Counted from the first letter of the stretch, positions 37,945 to 51,840 are shown. The stretch is 64,000 nt of DNA from Octopus sinensis (GCF_006345805.1 NC_043005.1:62434001-62498000), one strand, 5' to 3'. The notes: generated by a model not told the origin, from the sequence alone. A program made the numbers and translations.

Positions 37945-38600
37945 AGCGTTTGCATGTAAAAGATGTGCTGGAGCAATAATCATATGAGAAATAGATTGCC
38001 TTGAGCTCTGGAGTCTCCCTAGTAGATAGCAGATAGTTTTAGTAACATTGGTGACCTAATTAGCAGTGGAGGGGGATGTTCTAAAAGTATAGTTTCTAGA
38101 ATGAGAAAAGAATGGAGAAATTTTAAAGAGCTATAGCCTCTGTTGGCTACAAAAGGTCTCTCTCTATCACAGAAGACAGCAGATTGTATGATGCTTGTAT
38201 ATGAACAGCAGTGCTACATGGTAGTGAGAGACATGTGCCATGAATCTAGAGGACATGCAGAGACTATAGAGGAATGAAGCTGCTGTGCAGTATTAGTGTG
38301 AAATGTGACATAGTGTGAAGGTGTTGAGAGAAAAATTGGGCATAGGAGGGATGAGATGCAGTATGCAAGACAGAAGATAGTGCTTGTTTGGTCACATGAT
38401 GCATGTGGATGAAGACAACTGTATAAAGAAGTGCTAATCACTTAAAGTGAATGAAACTTTTGTGGAGATGAGAGGTCCATGAAGGCAAGGGATGAAGTAA
38501 CAAAGACAGACCTCAAATTGCTGAGTGTCACAGAAGAGATGATAAAAGTCCAAGATGATTAGTGATTTGCTGTGCTCAAGAACCTCATCCACCACAGCAA
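37945..38600 (+). mobile_element. Decayed RTE LINE (RT C-terminal region)
   Basis: FACKRCAGAI..GDLISSGGGCSKSIVSRMRKEWRNFKEL*PLLATKGLS..RLYDACI*TAVLHGSE..EKLGIGGMRC..FGHMMHVDEDNCIKKC; a matching tail resumes at about 39225-39280 after a pyrimidine-rich block. Confidence 0.8.
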
Positions 38601-39537
38601 AAATGATGCCCGAAAAGCATTCTGTTTATGCTTGTAACCCATTCTGACCTGTCAAGCATTCCCTACATGTTATTCCTGTAATGCCCATCCTTCACTAACT
38701 CCTCTTTCTCCAGCACTACTCACTATTTGTATTTGCTTGAAAGCAGAATTGGCACATATCACTCCCCAGAAATCTTCCATCCCTTACTCTCATCCTTCCT
38801 TCTCATGCCTCACTGAATGCCTCTTTTCTGTGCCTTCAGATATATATATTTTTTCTCTCTCTCTTTCAATCTCTACCATACTATACCTTATCCTATCACA
38901 TACATTTGCTATCATTCTCAACATATTCTCATATCCACCATCATACCCACCCACTATTCACACCTAATCTATTTTCACATCTTTCGCTCCATCACTCCAA
39001 CACATTGAACATCATCTCCCAGTCTTGTACATCATCCTCCTATCTTGTACATTATACTCTAATCTAATCTAACTCCCTACTTGAGCCACTGCTAGCCCTC
39101 TCTCCTTACTCTGCATATCCAATCTTGTACATCATTCAATGCATTTGCTTCTACCCTGCTTCCTATCTGTTACCCTCTCTTCACATTCATATGTAACCAA
39201 CGATCATCCTACCATTTGAACCACTGATTCTGTCTGACCCATGCAAGCATGGAAAAAACGCTGTTAAAATGATGATGACACACATACAAACATTTATACA
39301 TATACATACACAGATGCATATGTGGGTATATATAGGCTAAATGACAGATAGAAGATATGGAACAATGAGTAAAACATTTATAATGTATATACAAATGTAA
39401 GACAGTTTTAAATATGGCTATCCATATATTTCTGTAGGAATGTGCATATATATCCATATATACATACATATATATATACACACATATATATATATATGTA
39501 TGCATGTATGTACATATGTGTGTGTGTGTGTGTGTTG

Positions 39538-39568
<31 letters not shown>

Positions 39569-39599
39569 TGTGTGTGTGTGTGTGTGTAGGCAGAATAGG

Positions 39600-40200
39600 T
39601 GGAAAGATAGTGTTTGCAAGTAGCATGTCCATTCCATTCAAATGCTTGGAAGGCTTCTTAGAAGTAGCTGAAAGCTTCCATTAATATTGAGGACCTAATT
39701 ACAAGTGGAGGCAAGCAGCCAGAACATAGTAACCAGAGTCAAAATTAGACATAAAATTATAGAGAGCAATAAGTTTTGCTGGTAGCAAGGGGATTCTCTC
39801 TCAGTAAAACGTAGATTGCAAGATGCATGTGCATCAAGTGTAATGTTACATGATAGAAGAAAAAAACCTGGGCATTGAATATTAAGGAGGTGAGAAAGAA
39901 ATGAATTGGGCATGCTCCACCAAATCTAGAATGTTAATGTGAATGAATGACAAAGCACAGATGAACTGACAGGAAAAATAGCTGCACATCCGAGGAATAA
40001 GGTGTTGCATGCAAAAGAGGGAAGACTGCATGGGTATGGAAATGGGACATGTGATGTGTATGATGGATGAGAATTTGGTAAAGAAGAGCCAAGCCTTCCA
40101 AATGGAAGGCTCATAACGAAAGGAAGGAACTGGAAAAATATGATGCAAGAACTAGTGAAAGTCAGTTTAAAGATACTGAAACTTACAAGTCTGAAAAAAA
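39600..40200 (+). mobile_element. Second, more decayed RTE LINE fragment
   Basis: CTAATTACAAGTGGAGG..GTAGCAAGGGATTCTCTCTCAG..AGATTGCAAGATGCATGTG..TTACATGATAG parallels 38050-38230. Confidence 0.65.
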
Positions 40201-40374
40201 CTGTCAAACTCATGAGAGAATGGGAGGTGAACACAAAAATGATGATAGAACCCGCCCCACATAAAACAAATATGTATGCTTGAGTATATATAAACACAAA
40301 TGTAAATATAAGCATAGACACAAAAATATATGTTATATGTGTATGTGTGTATATGTATTCTTTTATTCTAATAT

Positions 40375-40736
40375 TTGTTTCAGTCATTTGATTGTGGCCA
40401 TGAAGGAGCACCACCTTTAGTCGAACAAATCAACCCCAGGACTTAGTCTTTGTAACCTTAGTACTTATTCTATCGGTCTCTTTTGCTGAACCACTAAGTT
40501 ATGAGGACGTAAACACACCAACATCAGTTTTCAAGCGATGATGGCGAGGACAAACACAGACACAAACATATATATATACAATGGGCTTCTTTCAGTTTCT
40601 GTCTACCAAATCCACTCACAAGGCTTTGGTTGGCCCAAGGCTATAAGTAGGAGATACTTGCCCAAGGTACCATGCAGTGGGACTGAACCTGGAACCATGT
40701 GTTTGGTAAGCAAGTTACTTACCACACAGTCACTCC

Positions 40737-40741
<5 letters not shown>
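40375..40741 (-). mobile_element. SINE family A
   Basis: Full reverse-complement match from tail to head. Confidence 0.88.
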
Positions 40742-40792
<51 letters not shown>

Positions 40793-40839
40793 GGAGTGAC
40801 TGTGTGGTAAGTAACTTGCTTACCAAACACATGGTTCCA
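40690..40839. repeat. Perfect 150-bp palindrome (52-bp SINE-head arms around (AT)23)
   Basis: 40690-40741 and 40788-40839 are exact reverse complements; the (AT)23 centre is self-complementary. Confidence 0.92.
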
Positions 40840-41054
40840 TATATATATATATATATATATATACATACATACAAGCATATATAAAAATATATTTATGTGA
40901 AACCATCCATACATGTCAATTTCTATTAAGACAGATCCCAGATTTCAAGCCAGTTTGATAAGTGTGATGCACAAAATTTTCAGGCCTTGAGTAATTTTAT
41001 AATTTCTGCTGATTAGAAATATAAAATATATGCTCATGTTTTGAGTTCTATTTT

Positions 41055-41600
41055 TTCTGTTTGTACTACCAAACTTTTAAATACAGCTAAATGTAAATCA
41101 TTATACTTGGCATTCATTGACCAAGAGAAAGCCTTTGACAGAGTCCCTTGCACTGTGATCTGTATGAAACAAGTAAATGAATAGGTTGTGCCATACAAGC
41201 CATGTGCAGGAGTGCTGTTATTAAGATGAGATATAGTCATGAGTACTGCAACACATTTAGTGTACAGGTAGCCATTTACCAGGGTTTGATACTCACTCTC
41301 TCCCTATTCATTATAATCTTCCAGGCAATAACGGATGAATTTAAAACCAGTTGCACTTGGGAATGACTCTACACTGATGACCATTTTTAGAGCAGAATTT
41401 GAGATAGAATTAGAAAAGAAATTCCTGGTGTAGAAGCAAAACCTGGAATCAAAGAGCCTTAAAGTTGACCTAGCAAAGACCAAAATTGTAGCAATCAAAC
41501 AAACAGGACTTTTTTTCCCATCAATTAAATGGCCCTGTGTGATATGTAGGAAAGGTATTGGTAGGAATTCCATATGGTATACCAAGTATAAGCTATGAAC
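41055..41600 (+). pseudogene. Decayed RTE reverse-transcriptase core
   Basis: KSLYLAFIDQEKAFDRVP..FSVQVAIYQG..LFIIIFQAITDEFKTSCTWE*LYTDD..KQNLESKSLKVDLAKTKI..KWPCVICRKGIGRNSI. Confidence 0.8.
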
Positions 41601-41933
41601 ACAAGATAATTGGTGACTCTGTGAACCTGAGAAGTCCCATCAGTTATGGTGAATGTGAAGTCCTTAAATCATTATGCTTGTATCTTTACATGCTGCACCC
41701 TGCACTAAATCCTGCCAACTTCAAGCATCGCATGTGTTGGATAGAGTTTATTGAGGAAGATTTCCTACTGCTGGTTGCACATTCTGTTACTAATCCTTAT
41801 CTGTTTTCAAGCAAGATAAAATTTACTCACGGCCAGACATGTTTTTGCACCATAATGGAAATGAACTCGAATGACATTCACACTTATTTACAACTGTTAC
41901 AGAATACAATATGGATACTCAAACATAAAACTC

Positions 41934-41964
<31 letters not shown>

Positions 41965-42559
41965 CATACATATATATATATATATTATTTATTTAAAGGG
42001 GGCTCAATACAAACATTTAGGTACTACTAATAGTTTCATATGTTGAGAAATACTCAAACATATTCTTCAGTACAATATATATATATATATATATATTGAT
42101 CAAGAATGTGATTTTATGAGAATACCTTTCCTGATGAAGGGGACACTTTCCGCATGGTTTGTAAGATTTTTTATTAATTTTTCTACCAAGACATGAACTC
42201 TGGAAACGATTGTAAAAAGTGAACTTCCTCAAACTATATTATATACCCTATATACCATTTATATATTTTTAAAAAACATATTGAACTCTGTGGATCTTTT
42301 AATTGAAACTCTTAACCGCTCTTAATTTTAGTACAAAATCATTTTAGCAGTTCTCTTTTTCTCACACTTACTTCCACATGGGTTTTATTTACATGTATTT
42401 TTATGTATATTTATATTTTATAAATATCAAAAAAAAAATTCATATATGCCAATATGTATTAATATATGTATATGCATTTTAAGTCGAATTTATGACTGTA
42501 TGAGTATGATTTCCTAATTTGAGTTTATATCTTAATTCTTATTTATGTATATATGCATG

Positions 42560-42870
42560 TATATATAAACACCCTTTCATCACAAATGACCATGGAATTG
42601 AACCTAGAAAGTTCCCCTCCAAGGCACAAGTCCAGGCAAGGTTGTTTGTGGTAAACGATGTACCCCAGTCTTCCTTCTTCATGCCACTGAAGGGAAAGGC
42701 AACAGCTGATACAGCTTGGCACCAGTGATGCTGCAACTCAAAACTGGAGCAATCTGAAATGAAGTGTCTTGCTCAGGAACATAACACACAGCCTGATCTG
42801 GGAGTTGAACTCACAACTTCATGATTATAAGATCAACATTCTAATCACTGAGTCATGCACCTTCATACAC
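42560..42870 (-). mobile_element. tRNA-derived SINE family D
   Basis: Minus-strand head GAAGGTGCATGACTCAGTGATTAG..GAGTTCAACTCCC; core AGCAAGACACTTCATTTCAGATTGCTCCAG. Confidence 0.7.
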
Positions 42871-42982
42871 ACACACGCCTATAAATACGTATGCACATTT
42901 GTGTATATATGCACATACATATGTGAATATATATATATATTCTTATATAGGCATATGTACATTATACACATATATATGTATG

Positions 42983-43050
<68 letters not shown>

Positions 43051-43094
43051 TGCATATATATGTATATACATATATATGAAATTAATGTGTGTGC

Positions 43095-43340
43095 TAGTGG
43101 TTGAGTATTCTACAGACATGTGTACCCTTAACATACTTCTCAGGAAGATTCAGCATGACACAGAATGTGACAAGTTTGGCCCTTTGAAATACAAGTACAA
43201 TCCATTTTTGCTAGCTGAATGGACTGGAGTAAAGTGAAATAAAATGTCTTGCTCAAGAACACAATGCACCACCAAATATTAAACTCACAACCTTACAATC
43301 TTGTGCCTCATACCCTAACAATTTAGCCATGCACTTTCAC
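43095..43340 (-). mobile_element. tRNA-derived SINE family D (variant 3' end)
   Basis: Plus strand CTGGAGTAAAGTGAAATAAAATGTCTTGCTCAAGAACACAA..TTAGCCATGCACTTTCAC. Confidence 0.65.
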
Positions 43341-43736
43341 AACACATATATACACAGCAAAGTGTAAAAACCAAAATCTAACAGTAAGATATGATATCTA
43401 TACAATCAATATCATTAGTTGGATATTTGAAGAAAAGAAATTATTAATAGCTCTAATATTTCTTACATTATCTTTTCTTGTAAAGAATGTTTGGGATATA
43501 TCTGGAAAAAATTGAAAATTATGGATTGTAAAACAGTGAAAAAATGCCATTCCAGAAACTAAAGCCATATAATTTTGGTCTACTATATGTATGGTCACTG
43601 TCTGACTGGAAATATGGAGTAGGCAGAATAGTATATTTTGTGGCAGAAGAATGAACATAACAAACATGTGCCTGTCTATGTTGGTGCATGCGTTTGTATT
43701 TTGTGTATGTGTAGTAGCAATATTTGTGAATGAGGA

Positions 43737-43945
43737 AAGGCAGGAAGCAGGTAGAATTGTTAACACTCCAAGCGAAATGTTTAGTGGAATTTTTAAAGTC
43801 TTTACATTCTGAGTTCAAATTCCACCAAGCCAACTCATCCTTTCGAGGTTGATAAAATAAGTACCAGTTGAGTACTGGGGTCAATGTAATTATCTTACCC
43901 CTTCCACCAAATTTCTAGCCTTGTGCCAAAATTTGAAACCAGTAT
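43737..43945 (+). mobile_element. SINE family B
   Basis: GAGTTCAAATTCC B box; AAGTACCAGTTGAGTACTGGGGTCAATGTAAT..CTTGTGCCAAAATTTGAAA. Confidence 0.8.
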
Positions 43946-45034
43946 TTGTGAGCGAGGGATGTGAAGTAGTAGTTTGTGTGCATTTTGTTTTGTACTATGT
44001 GTCTGAGTGTATGTGTGTGGAGGAGTCCACCTGGATTGACGATGCAGAAAGGTGTCTGTCATATTACACTGAGTGTCACTGTATATTTGTGTGTTACTGA
44101 CTGATAGCTGAATTGATACCAGCGAGATACATAGGCTGATGTGGGGAAGTTGTATCTGTGTATGTGTGTGTATATATGTATGCTTATGTGTATGTGTGTG
44201 TATATATGTATGCTTATGTGTATGTGTGTGTGTGAAGGAGTATTTATTCAGTGTGTGTGTGTGTGGTTGTCTATATAAGTTGAATTTGTGAGACATTGTG
44301 TTAAGGGGTATGTGGAATGGAAATCGTGAAAGACAGATGTCTTGTTTTCAAGCTGGATGTCATGAAGAGGTGCTGTGAATCAGTTGACTACATGGTAACT
44401 AGTTTAACCCATGTGCAAGATGTTTTAAAGGGCACATTTTAAGCAGTAGATGATACCAATATAGTGAAGTGGATGGATACTGTGAGGGAGGAGGTGTAAC
44501 AAATTGGCTGGGAACAAGGAGAGGATCCAGGAGCGGTGGTAGGACAGGAGAGGAGAGAGTTGCAGACCAGTAAGCTGCATAATTTACAGAAATGCTTGGA
44601 TATGGAAAGAAGCAGATTAGGGAAGATTGGGAGGGTGGTAGGATCTGACTGGGTGAGACAAAAGGCATGTATTAGAGGGGTAGCAAAGAAGAGGATAGAA
44701 GATGCAGTTAGCTGTGGGATGAGTGCAAAATATGGTTGATATAACAGGATCATGTAATTTGGGATGGGAGTAGGTATCCATTTCAAATGGAGAGATGGAC
44801 TATGTATTGTGACTAGGTCTCAGAATCTTGGTTGCACATACATAGAATATGGAGATGGGATGTGGAGTCAGGGATGACTCATTTAAAATGAGAGGGATAG
44901 GAAGAGGAGGACAAAAACTGAAGATAAGAGTGGGAGTTGGTGGGTTTATAGATGGTCAATATCATTGACAGAAATATTGATGCTATGGAAATTGATGATG
45001 ATGATACACACACACACACACACACACACACAGT

Positions 45035-45155
45035 TAATGCAAAAAAGAACAAAGAAAAAACAACAACGTGAGGATGTGGTACATGCAAAGTATTAGCAGA
45101 TACTCAGGGAAGGAAAAAAAGGTAGTTTTATGTTTCGAGCAAAGCTCTTCTTCAA
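45035..45155 (-). mobile_element. Fragment of the same Penelope-like element as 30053-30272
   Basis: AAAACAACAACGTGAGGATGTGG..GTATT..CTCAGG.AAGG..TTTTATGTTTCGAGCAAAGCTCTT aligns with 30085-30185. Confidence 0.6.
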
Positions 45156-47076
45156 CGTTATTTTGTGTCCACCTTCCATGGTGCAATGGATTGGGTGGTT
45201 TGACTGCTTGACAAGTTGGATGTTGGCTTGAAGCTACAATGTTTCATTTTTGGTATGGTATGGTAAGTATGGTTAGATTCCTCTCTTAATGCCAGCTATT
45301 TTACAGAGTGTGGCTGATAATATAAAAACAAGACATTTTTGGTGAATTAAGGCAGAGCTGACCAAGGCTGTCTAAAGATAACTAATTGGGTCAAAGTCAT
45401 TATCAAATGTATTAGAAAGAGAAAGTTTCAATTTTAATTTCTTTTTTATCCATGAAACTAATTTAAGAACTACTTTGGTTGGTCAGTCAGATAATTTCTT
45501 ATAAATATTCATGGCTGTGTAACTATCTTTTAGGTTTAGTAAATTGTTAGGAATATACCATTTTTATTTTACTTTAAAAATAAAAGATAAGAATAATTCT
45601 CCAGGTTTAATTATCAAGGAAATAAAATCAGTCTGAATAACCATTTCCCTTGGAGCTTATGTTAATTTTAATAATGATAAGGAAGAGATGTATTATATTT
45701 ACACACACACACATGCTCACACAGTGTATATTGTAATTTATAAGAAATTTCTTAGAAACATTCATGGCCTAACCCTGTTTTATACAAATGTGCTTATCAT
45801 ATCTCAGTATAATTAAGCATGACTTATCAAATTGTAAAGCCATAAACTCTTAACAAAATTTTAGATTACACCAGTAATCTAGCATAATATATCATATGGT
45901 TTCAGTGTCTTCTTGAGATTTCTAACGCAATATAAGTTGCTTCAACTTAAAGGAAATTGTCTATAGTTTTCTAAAAACAGGCTGATAATCATTCCCTCTG
46001 AATAACCCTTGGGTTAGTATTCTGGTACCCTTCTGTATATGATAATATTTATGTGAAAATATGCACCATCATACTATATTTATCATATCAAATCTATATG
46101 AAACAAAATATTTTCTTAGCATATTAAGACTACTCTAGGAAAATGGTTGACTGACAAGTAACTTTCAGATAACAGAATGTTACCAAGAAATATAAACTGT
46201 TCTTAGGAGAGAAGGATAGTTTATCACATGTAAGTTTTCCAGGTAAAATCATGAATTTGTTCCATCTAATGAAGTGAGCTGAAGCAGTCCAGAAACTATA
46301 TATAAAAAAACTCCTGTCTACATACATTTGAACTCATCCCACAATGTGTCAGCATCAGCACTTCATACATTTGGTTTAGATTATATAAATGGAAGAGTCA
46401 AGAATGGTACTGCCATGCAGTTGCTCAAAATGCTGGGAGTAGCAGTCAAATTTCTTCAAATGATATGCTAACATCTTATGTAAAAAAAAGGCCACTCAAA
46501 AACAATATTGTCCTACATACTTCCAAAAACTCAGGATGGTCATGGCTGAAATGCCCTTGATCATATCTATTTAATGAAGGTTGATCTTGACTAAATGACA
46601 ACATAAATAAACAAAAGCTAAATCAAGGACTTTGATGTGGTCTTTTGATCTGCCAGAGACTGCACCCAAATCTCCCTCAAATCACAACTACCATCTAGCT
46701 GAACATATTGTATGGTGACACATTTGATGATGCATTTGATCATATCCTACATACCCTTGAAAATATGGAATTATCATGGCTGGAATAACTTAAATCTGAG
46801 GTCTGCTCATTCAGGATTAACCATGGGTTAAATAACAACAAGCTGATAGTATATTTCTATTTTATTACAATACTTTTGTATATTCTGCAAAGTTCCGTTC
46901 TGTCAAGAGATTTTTTTACCTTTTCTTTTCTTCTATATACTGTGTCTATTTCAACTCTTCCATACAGCAACTTACACAGCCTGGATAAAATTTAGCACAT
47001 ATTTATCAATGGCAAGATGACTTTCAATATTAGGAACTTTTTCAAATTAATTGTATTTTAACTTTTTATGTAAAAA

Positions 47077-47298
47077 AAGCCTCTGGTTTGACAGAATCAT
47101 TAGCACTTCAGGTAAAATACTTAGCAGTATTTTTTTACAGTTCTTTACATTCTGAAGTAAAATTCTGCCATGGTCAACTTTGCCTTTCATCTTTTCAGTA
47201 TTCATGAATTAAGTACCAGTTGAGCACTGGGGTCAATGTAATTGACTTATAACATCCCCTAAAATTGTTGGTGTTGTTCCAAAATTTTAAACAATATT
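47077..47298 (+). mobile_element. SINE family B, diverged
   Basis: GACAGAATCATTAGCAC..CTTTGCCTTTCATC..AAGTACCAGTTGAGCACTGGGGTCAATGTAAT. Confidence 0.75.
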
Positions 47299-48629
47299 TA
47301 TATATTTTTATCATTTAATCTGATTAAGAGGTACACGGTATCTGAATCTTTTGTAAGGCCCAACTAGTGGAGTCAATATTGTTGAAGTTCTACTCGAGTG
47401 TTTACACGTAAGTGTTGGACAGAAAAAGAAGTGGGTAAGAAATTCAGAAATGCACTTTTAGTAATGCTCTATGTAAGAAAGCTTTTAGTAAATTAAGATG
47501 ATAATGATGAACTAAGAAAAGACAATTGTATCAGATGGGTTTGATCATGAGTGATACATATTTTGCTATTGCAGAGATGCAGAAAATGTTATAATGTCAG
47601 TAATGAGATAGTAGGACAAAAAAATTACAAATCCATTAATGGAATAGTATTTGCAATGTACAGGGATATGAAAAATTGTAAACATTGATTTTTTTTTCAT
47701 TTTGTTTCATATTTATTCTCCTCTATCATTGTGATTCTAGTTTTCTTATATGTGTAAACTTTATAATTCAGAGATTAAATTCCTACTGAAATGCTTCTGT
47801 CAACTTGAATAGCACTTTAGTGACTTGAATAAAACTCTAAGTATTATGCTTGAAATTACTGATAATCTGGTAAATATAGATAAAATAGTAATAGCATGAG
47901 AGCTAGTCATACAGTAACACTCATCTTGGTATAACTTATAATGCTTTTCTAACTGGAAGAAATGTTTATCAAGTATTTCATGTAATACATATTAAAAAAA
48001 ATTTATATAGAAAAGAATGCACAACACCAGAACAAACTATGCAACAACATTACCAGCATTGTAAGATGATACAACATACTTTATGTCATTGAGTCATGCT
48101 TTACCAAATATATAACATTGCTGGGCTAAGGTGTATGAGTATAATGCTATTGATCTAAAGTTCATGAGTTCATCTCATATCATTGCCATCACAAAGTGCT
48201 ATAAAATAAAATACATTATTTGCCTCAACTTTATCTATCTGAAAAATCAGTATTTTGTTATCAAGTGGTCATCTATTTAATACTTACATACTCATGGACA
48301 GTGCCATCAAAGAATCAGATAATAATTGACAAAAATTTACAGCAATCTCATACAAAAATCACTCCATTACTTAACATCATGAAATATTAGATATCACATG
48401 CATTTATAGTAAAAATAATTAAATGGTTACAAAATATTGTCCCATTATTAATTATAGACAGTAAAACTGTAAGATGTTAACAAATAAAAATTTCAAAAAT
48501 TACTCTTTTTTACTGAAAACACAGTATTTGATTCTGCATAAACTACTTGGAGGTAAAGCAATAATTGGAAATAAAACATTACGGAACATTATTTGACCCT
48601 ACTGTATTCTCTCGCAAGAGTGAATACCA

Positions 48630-49140
48630 TGGATTGCTACATCAGTGTTTCTTCTGCATCTTAAGAATATCCAGTTCTTGATATTATTCTTCCACATAAT
48701 TCTTGATTTTTCTCTTCCTCTTCTATTCATTTTGCTTTTTAGTAACAGTTTTTCTAAACCATTTTTCTAAGTAAATATCCAAAACCATTTTAGATGTTTG
48801 ATGATGTCTAATAAAATTTCCTTAGTTTTACCATTCTCAATACTTCATCATTGGTATTGTTTTATCCATGATGTTCTTAAAAGTCTTCTATATGCTGACA
48901 TATGAAAAGCTTGTAATATACTTGAAAATACTTTTGTTAATGTATGTGTGGTGTTCCATAAAATAGGGAGGACTTTACATGACACTTCAGTAACATTTTC
49001 CTAGTGTTGATATTAATGGTTCTGGTTACAATATTTGACATTTTTTCCAGATGGCTTTCAAGCTCACTCAATCCTTTTTATTTTGCCTTCATATTTCCCA
49101 TTTTTTTCTGACTGCATATATTTCAGGTATGTTATATTTG
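48630..49140 (-). mobile_element. Decayed RTE (BovB-like) LINE C-terminal fragment
   Basis: Minus strand gives KMSNIVTRTININTRKMLLKCHVKSSLFYG..TNDEVLRMV..FGYLLRKNGLEKLLLKSKMNRRGREKSRIMWKNNIKNW. Confidence 0.75.
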
Positions 49141-49340
49141 TAATCTGTTCAATTGGTTTTCCCCTTTTATAATAAAATTAATTCATTCTTAAATTTTTTA
49201 ATATATTAATGAAAAGGAAAGAAAGAAAAATAACACAAGAAAACAATTAGAAATATTTTGATGATTTACAAAAGTGAAAATAAGTTCAATTGTTGATGAC
49301 AGGTTTTAAAATGAATAAAATTAAATAAGTTGATGCTTAC

Positions 49341-49418
49341 ACTGACACCAGTTGATACAGCAGAATCTGATGAAGTTCCCAACTGAAGGCTGGCATAGCT
49401 GGAAACTTTGTTGAAAAC
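49341..49418 (-). CDS. Candidate 78-nt internal exon of an unidentified gene
   Basis: Acceptor cttattttctttttcattacag, donor AGT/gtaagc; higher-complexity island in AT-rich DNA; all three frames open (VFNKVSSYASLQLGTSSDSAVSTGVS; FQQSFQLCQPSVGNFIRFCCINWCQ; FSTKFPAMPAFSWELHQILLYQLVS). Confidence 0.55.
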
Positions 49419-50109
49419 CTGTAATGAAAAAGAAAATAAGTTAGATTCAAATTACAGAAACTCTAGTTGAATTTTTAAATAAATTAATATGAGAAGAGAC
49501 AATGAGATGGTCCACAAGACTGAACTTCTGAAGAAGAAAGAAATAGATTAGCTTAATTATTATATGTCAGAATAAAGTATATAGAAAAAGAAACCAGTGA
49601 ATATTAGGATCTGGAACAAAGTTGTTTTATAACTGAATTTATTGAAGTAATATTATCATTGAAAACAATATTAATATTAAATAGAGAAAGAAATTGAATT
49701 TGTAAAGTGAAAATATTTGAAACTTGTTCAACACACCCAAACTAATAAAAAAGACAAAAAAATTTTGAATTTTTACTTTGGAGAATTTCATATATAATGA
49801 TAGATCAAGTCAAAATTGGATTTCATTTATACCTGTGTAAATATTTTTTTTACAAAATGAAATTATGTAACATCAAAGGTGGGACAAAATATTAACTAAA
49901 CAATAAGTTATTAAAAGAGTTGGTAAATAAAACATACATATGAATAAATAGATTAATTATAAGTTATAAATAGATTTAATAATAGGTGGATAATAAAATG
50001 AAAGGTTAATTACTTTTCATTTTTGTGTTGATTAAATAATAAAACTATTAAAAAATTTAAATAAAGCTGTTCAAGACATTTTGTTCCATAAAAGACCACT
50101 TAACAAAGT

Positions 50110-50250
50110 GTAGTAGGATTGTTAGAGCATCAGATAAAATGTTGGCAATATTTTAATCAAGGCCTTTTATGTTCTGAGTTCAAATCCTACTGAGGTCAAC
50201 TTTTACCTTTCATCCTTCTGGGGTCTATAAAATAGTAATCAGGTACTGGG
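50110..50250 (+). mobile_element. SINE family B, partial
   Basis: TTCTGAGTTCAAATCCTACTGAGGTCAACTTTTACCTTTCATCC. Confidence 0.6.
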
Positions 50251-51227
50251 TCATGTAAATATTGCTATAAAGCATCCTAGATGTGAAAGGGATTATAACA
50301 GGAAACTAGATTATAATGCCAGTCAGTGTAAAAGTCAGTAGATTGGGTTCTTAGTCAAAGGTCACATCGCTTCTTGATTTATGTCTAACCAATTATAAAG
50401 TAGACAATAGCTCATTCAGTTTTGGTGTATTTATTTAATTTACATTAAACAGGAAAATTTAATCTATTCTGGAAGCTAATTTCTCCTTTGTCATAATTTT
50501 CCCTCTTGAAAATAAATATAAGGAAATAAAACAAAATACATCATTATGAATTTGATGATACATTTATTAAAGTTAATTTCCTTATGTAAGCATGTAAGTT
50601 TACAATTAAAATTTATGAAAAAGCAACTATAAAAACTATTGGATTCATACATTGGATGAAAACATTTCGATTGGCTTAAGACAGTAGATTAAAAAAAAAG
50701 TTTGTCCATAAAATAAAATAAATGAAATTCTACACATTTTTGTCATTTTAATATGAAAATTGATTTCTTACAAATTGGGTGAGGGTGAGTAAATTATAAT
50801 GACCATCCCAGGACTAACTTAATTTGTTAATTCTGGGAGAATGAAAGGTAAGATATTCAGGGCTTGTAATTAAAAACAGCAAGGAATTTTGTCCAATGCT
50901 GTAACAGTTCTTCCAAGTCACTGTCTTTAAATCCTATTTACAACGCTTTAATATTGCAAAGCCATCTTCTTATAAGAAGAAGAAAGAAATGAAATCCAAA
51001 ATGCAATGCAAGAACTGAGTTAGACAATATGATGAAGTAAAAAACAAAAACAATTTGTCTCCAAAAATTTGTCGAGTCGTTAAAAAAAAAAGTCTTTTAA
51101 CAATAACAACCTCTGATTTCTAAATTTAATCCATTGCATAGTTTAACCCAACAAATACTCCTTCAGAAGCTTTAGTAAAGTCTGCTGCGAGCATTTAGGC
51201 TGTTTTGCTTCCTTCCCTTTCACTCAC

Positions 51228-51252
51228 ATAGGTAAATGTCATCCCCCTCCAA
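51228..51252 (-). CDS. Candidate 25-nt microexon (TTGGAGGGGGATGACATTTACCTAT)
   Basis: About 40-nt polypyrimidine tract with no intervening AG before ttag; donor gtgagt; open as LEGDDIYL or WRGMTFTY and splices in frame to 49341-49418. Confidence 0.45.
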
Positions 51253-51809
51253 CTAAATCATAGAACATTTGAAAAAGAAAAGCAAGAAAAGAAGAAGAAA
51301 AAGAAATCTAGAAAAGCAACCGAGTTCTCAAGTAAATTAAAAATATTCCTTATTTTCTTCATCAGAAACCCTACATTTGAAATCCTAAACATAAAAACCA
51401 AAGCCCAATCAAAAATACCAATCCTCTCAGTTTGTATAAACTTGTTGCTGTCAAGCGTTTTAAGTAGGTAAAAAATTTCATAATTTTTCTTTCTAATATA
51501 AATTGTATATTTACAAAATAAATTGTATCACACTTGATAAATCACTGGAAACAATTCATGGTTGTTTGAGATAGTTTTCAAACACTTTAGTTTTAAGATG
51601 TCTATCGATTATAATAATGCTAAATATCTAGGTCCAAGGATACTAAGAATAAAACTTGAGAAAGTTTATATAGCCAATCATACATATGAACACATATACA
51701 CACATGCCCACACTCATATACTTATGGGTGTATACTTGTATTAGTTTATATGATAATGTTTATGATAATGTATAATGACATATGAGTGTGTGCATGTTTA
51801 GCTGGTTAA

Positions 51810-51840
<31 letters not shown>

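Noticed and set aside
38640-39200. Pyrimidine-biased block (purine-biased counterpart at 44400-44900)
   Set aside because: Probably old repeats, but no alignment or family could be established by eye
42131-42165. CTGATGA-AGGGG..TTCC-GCAT hammerhead look-alike
   Set aside because: No GAAA and no convincing stems I or III
49367-49400. CTGATGA-AGTT-CCC-AACT-GAAG hammerhead look-alike
   Set aside because: GAAG replaces GAAA, G sits at the cleavage position, and stem I does not pair; it lies antisense to the exon candidate
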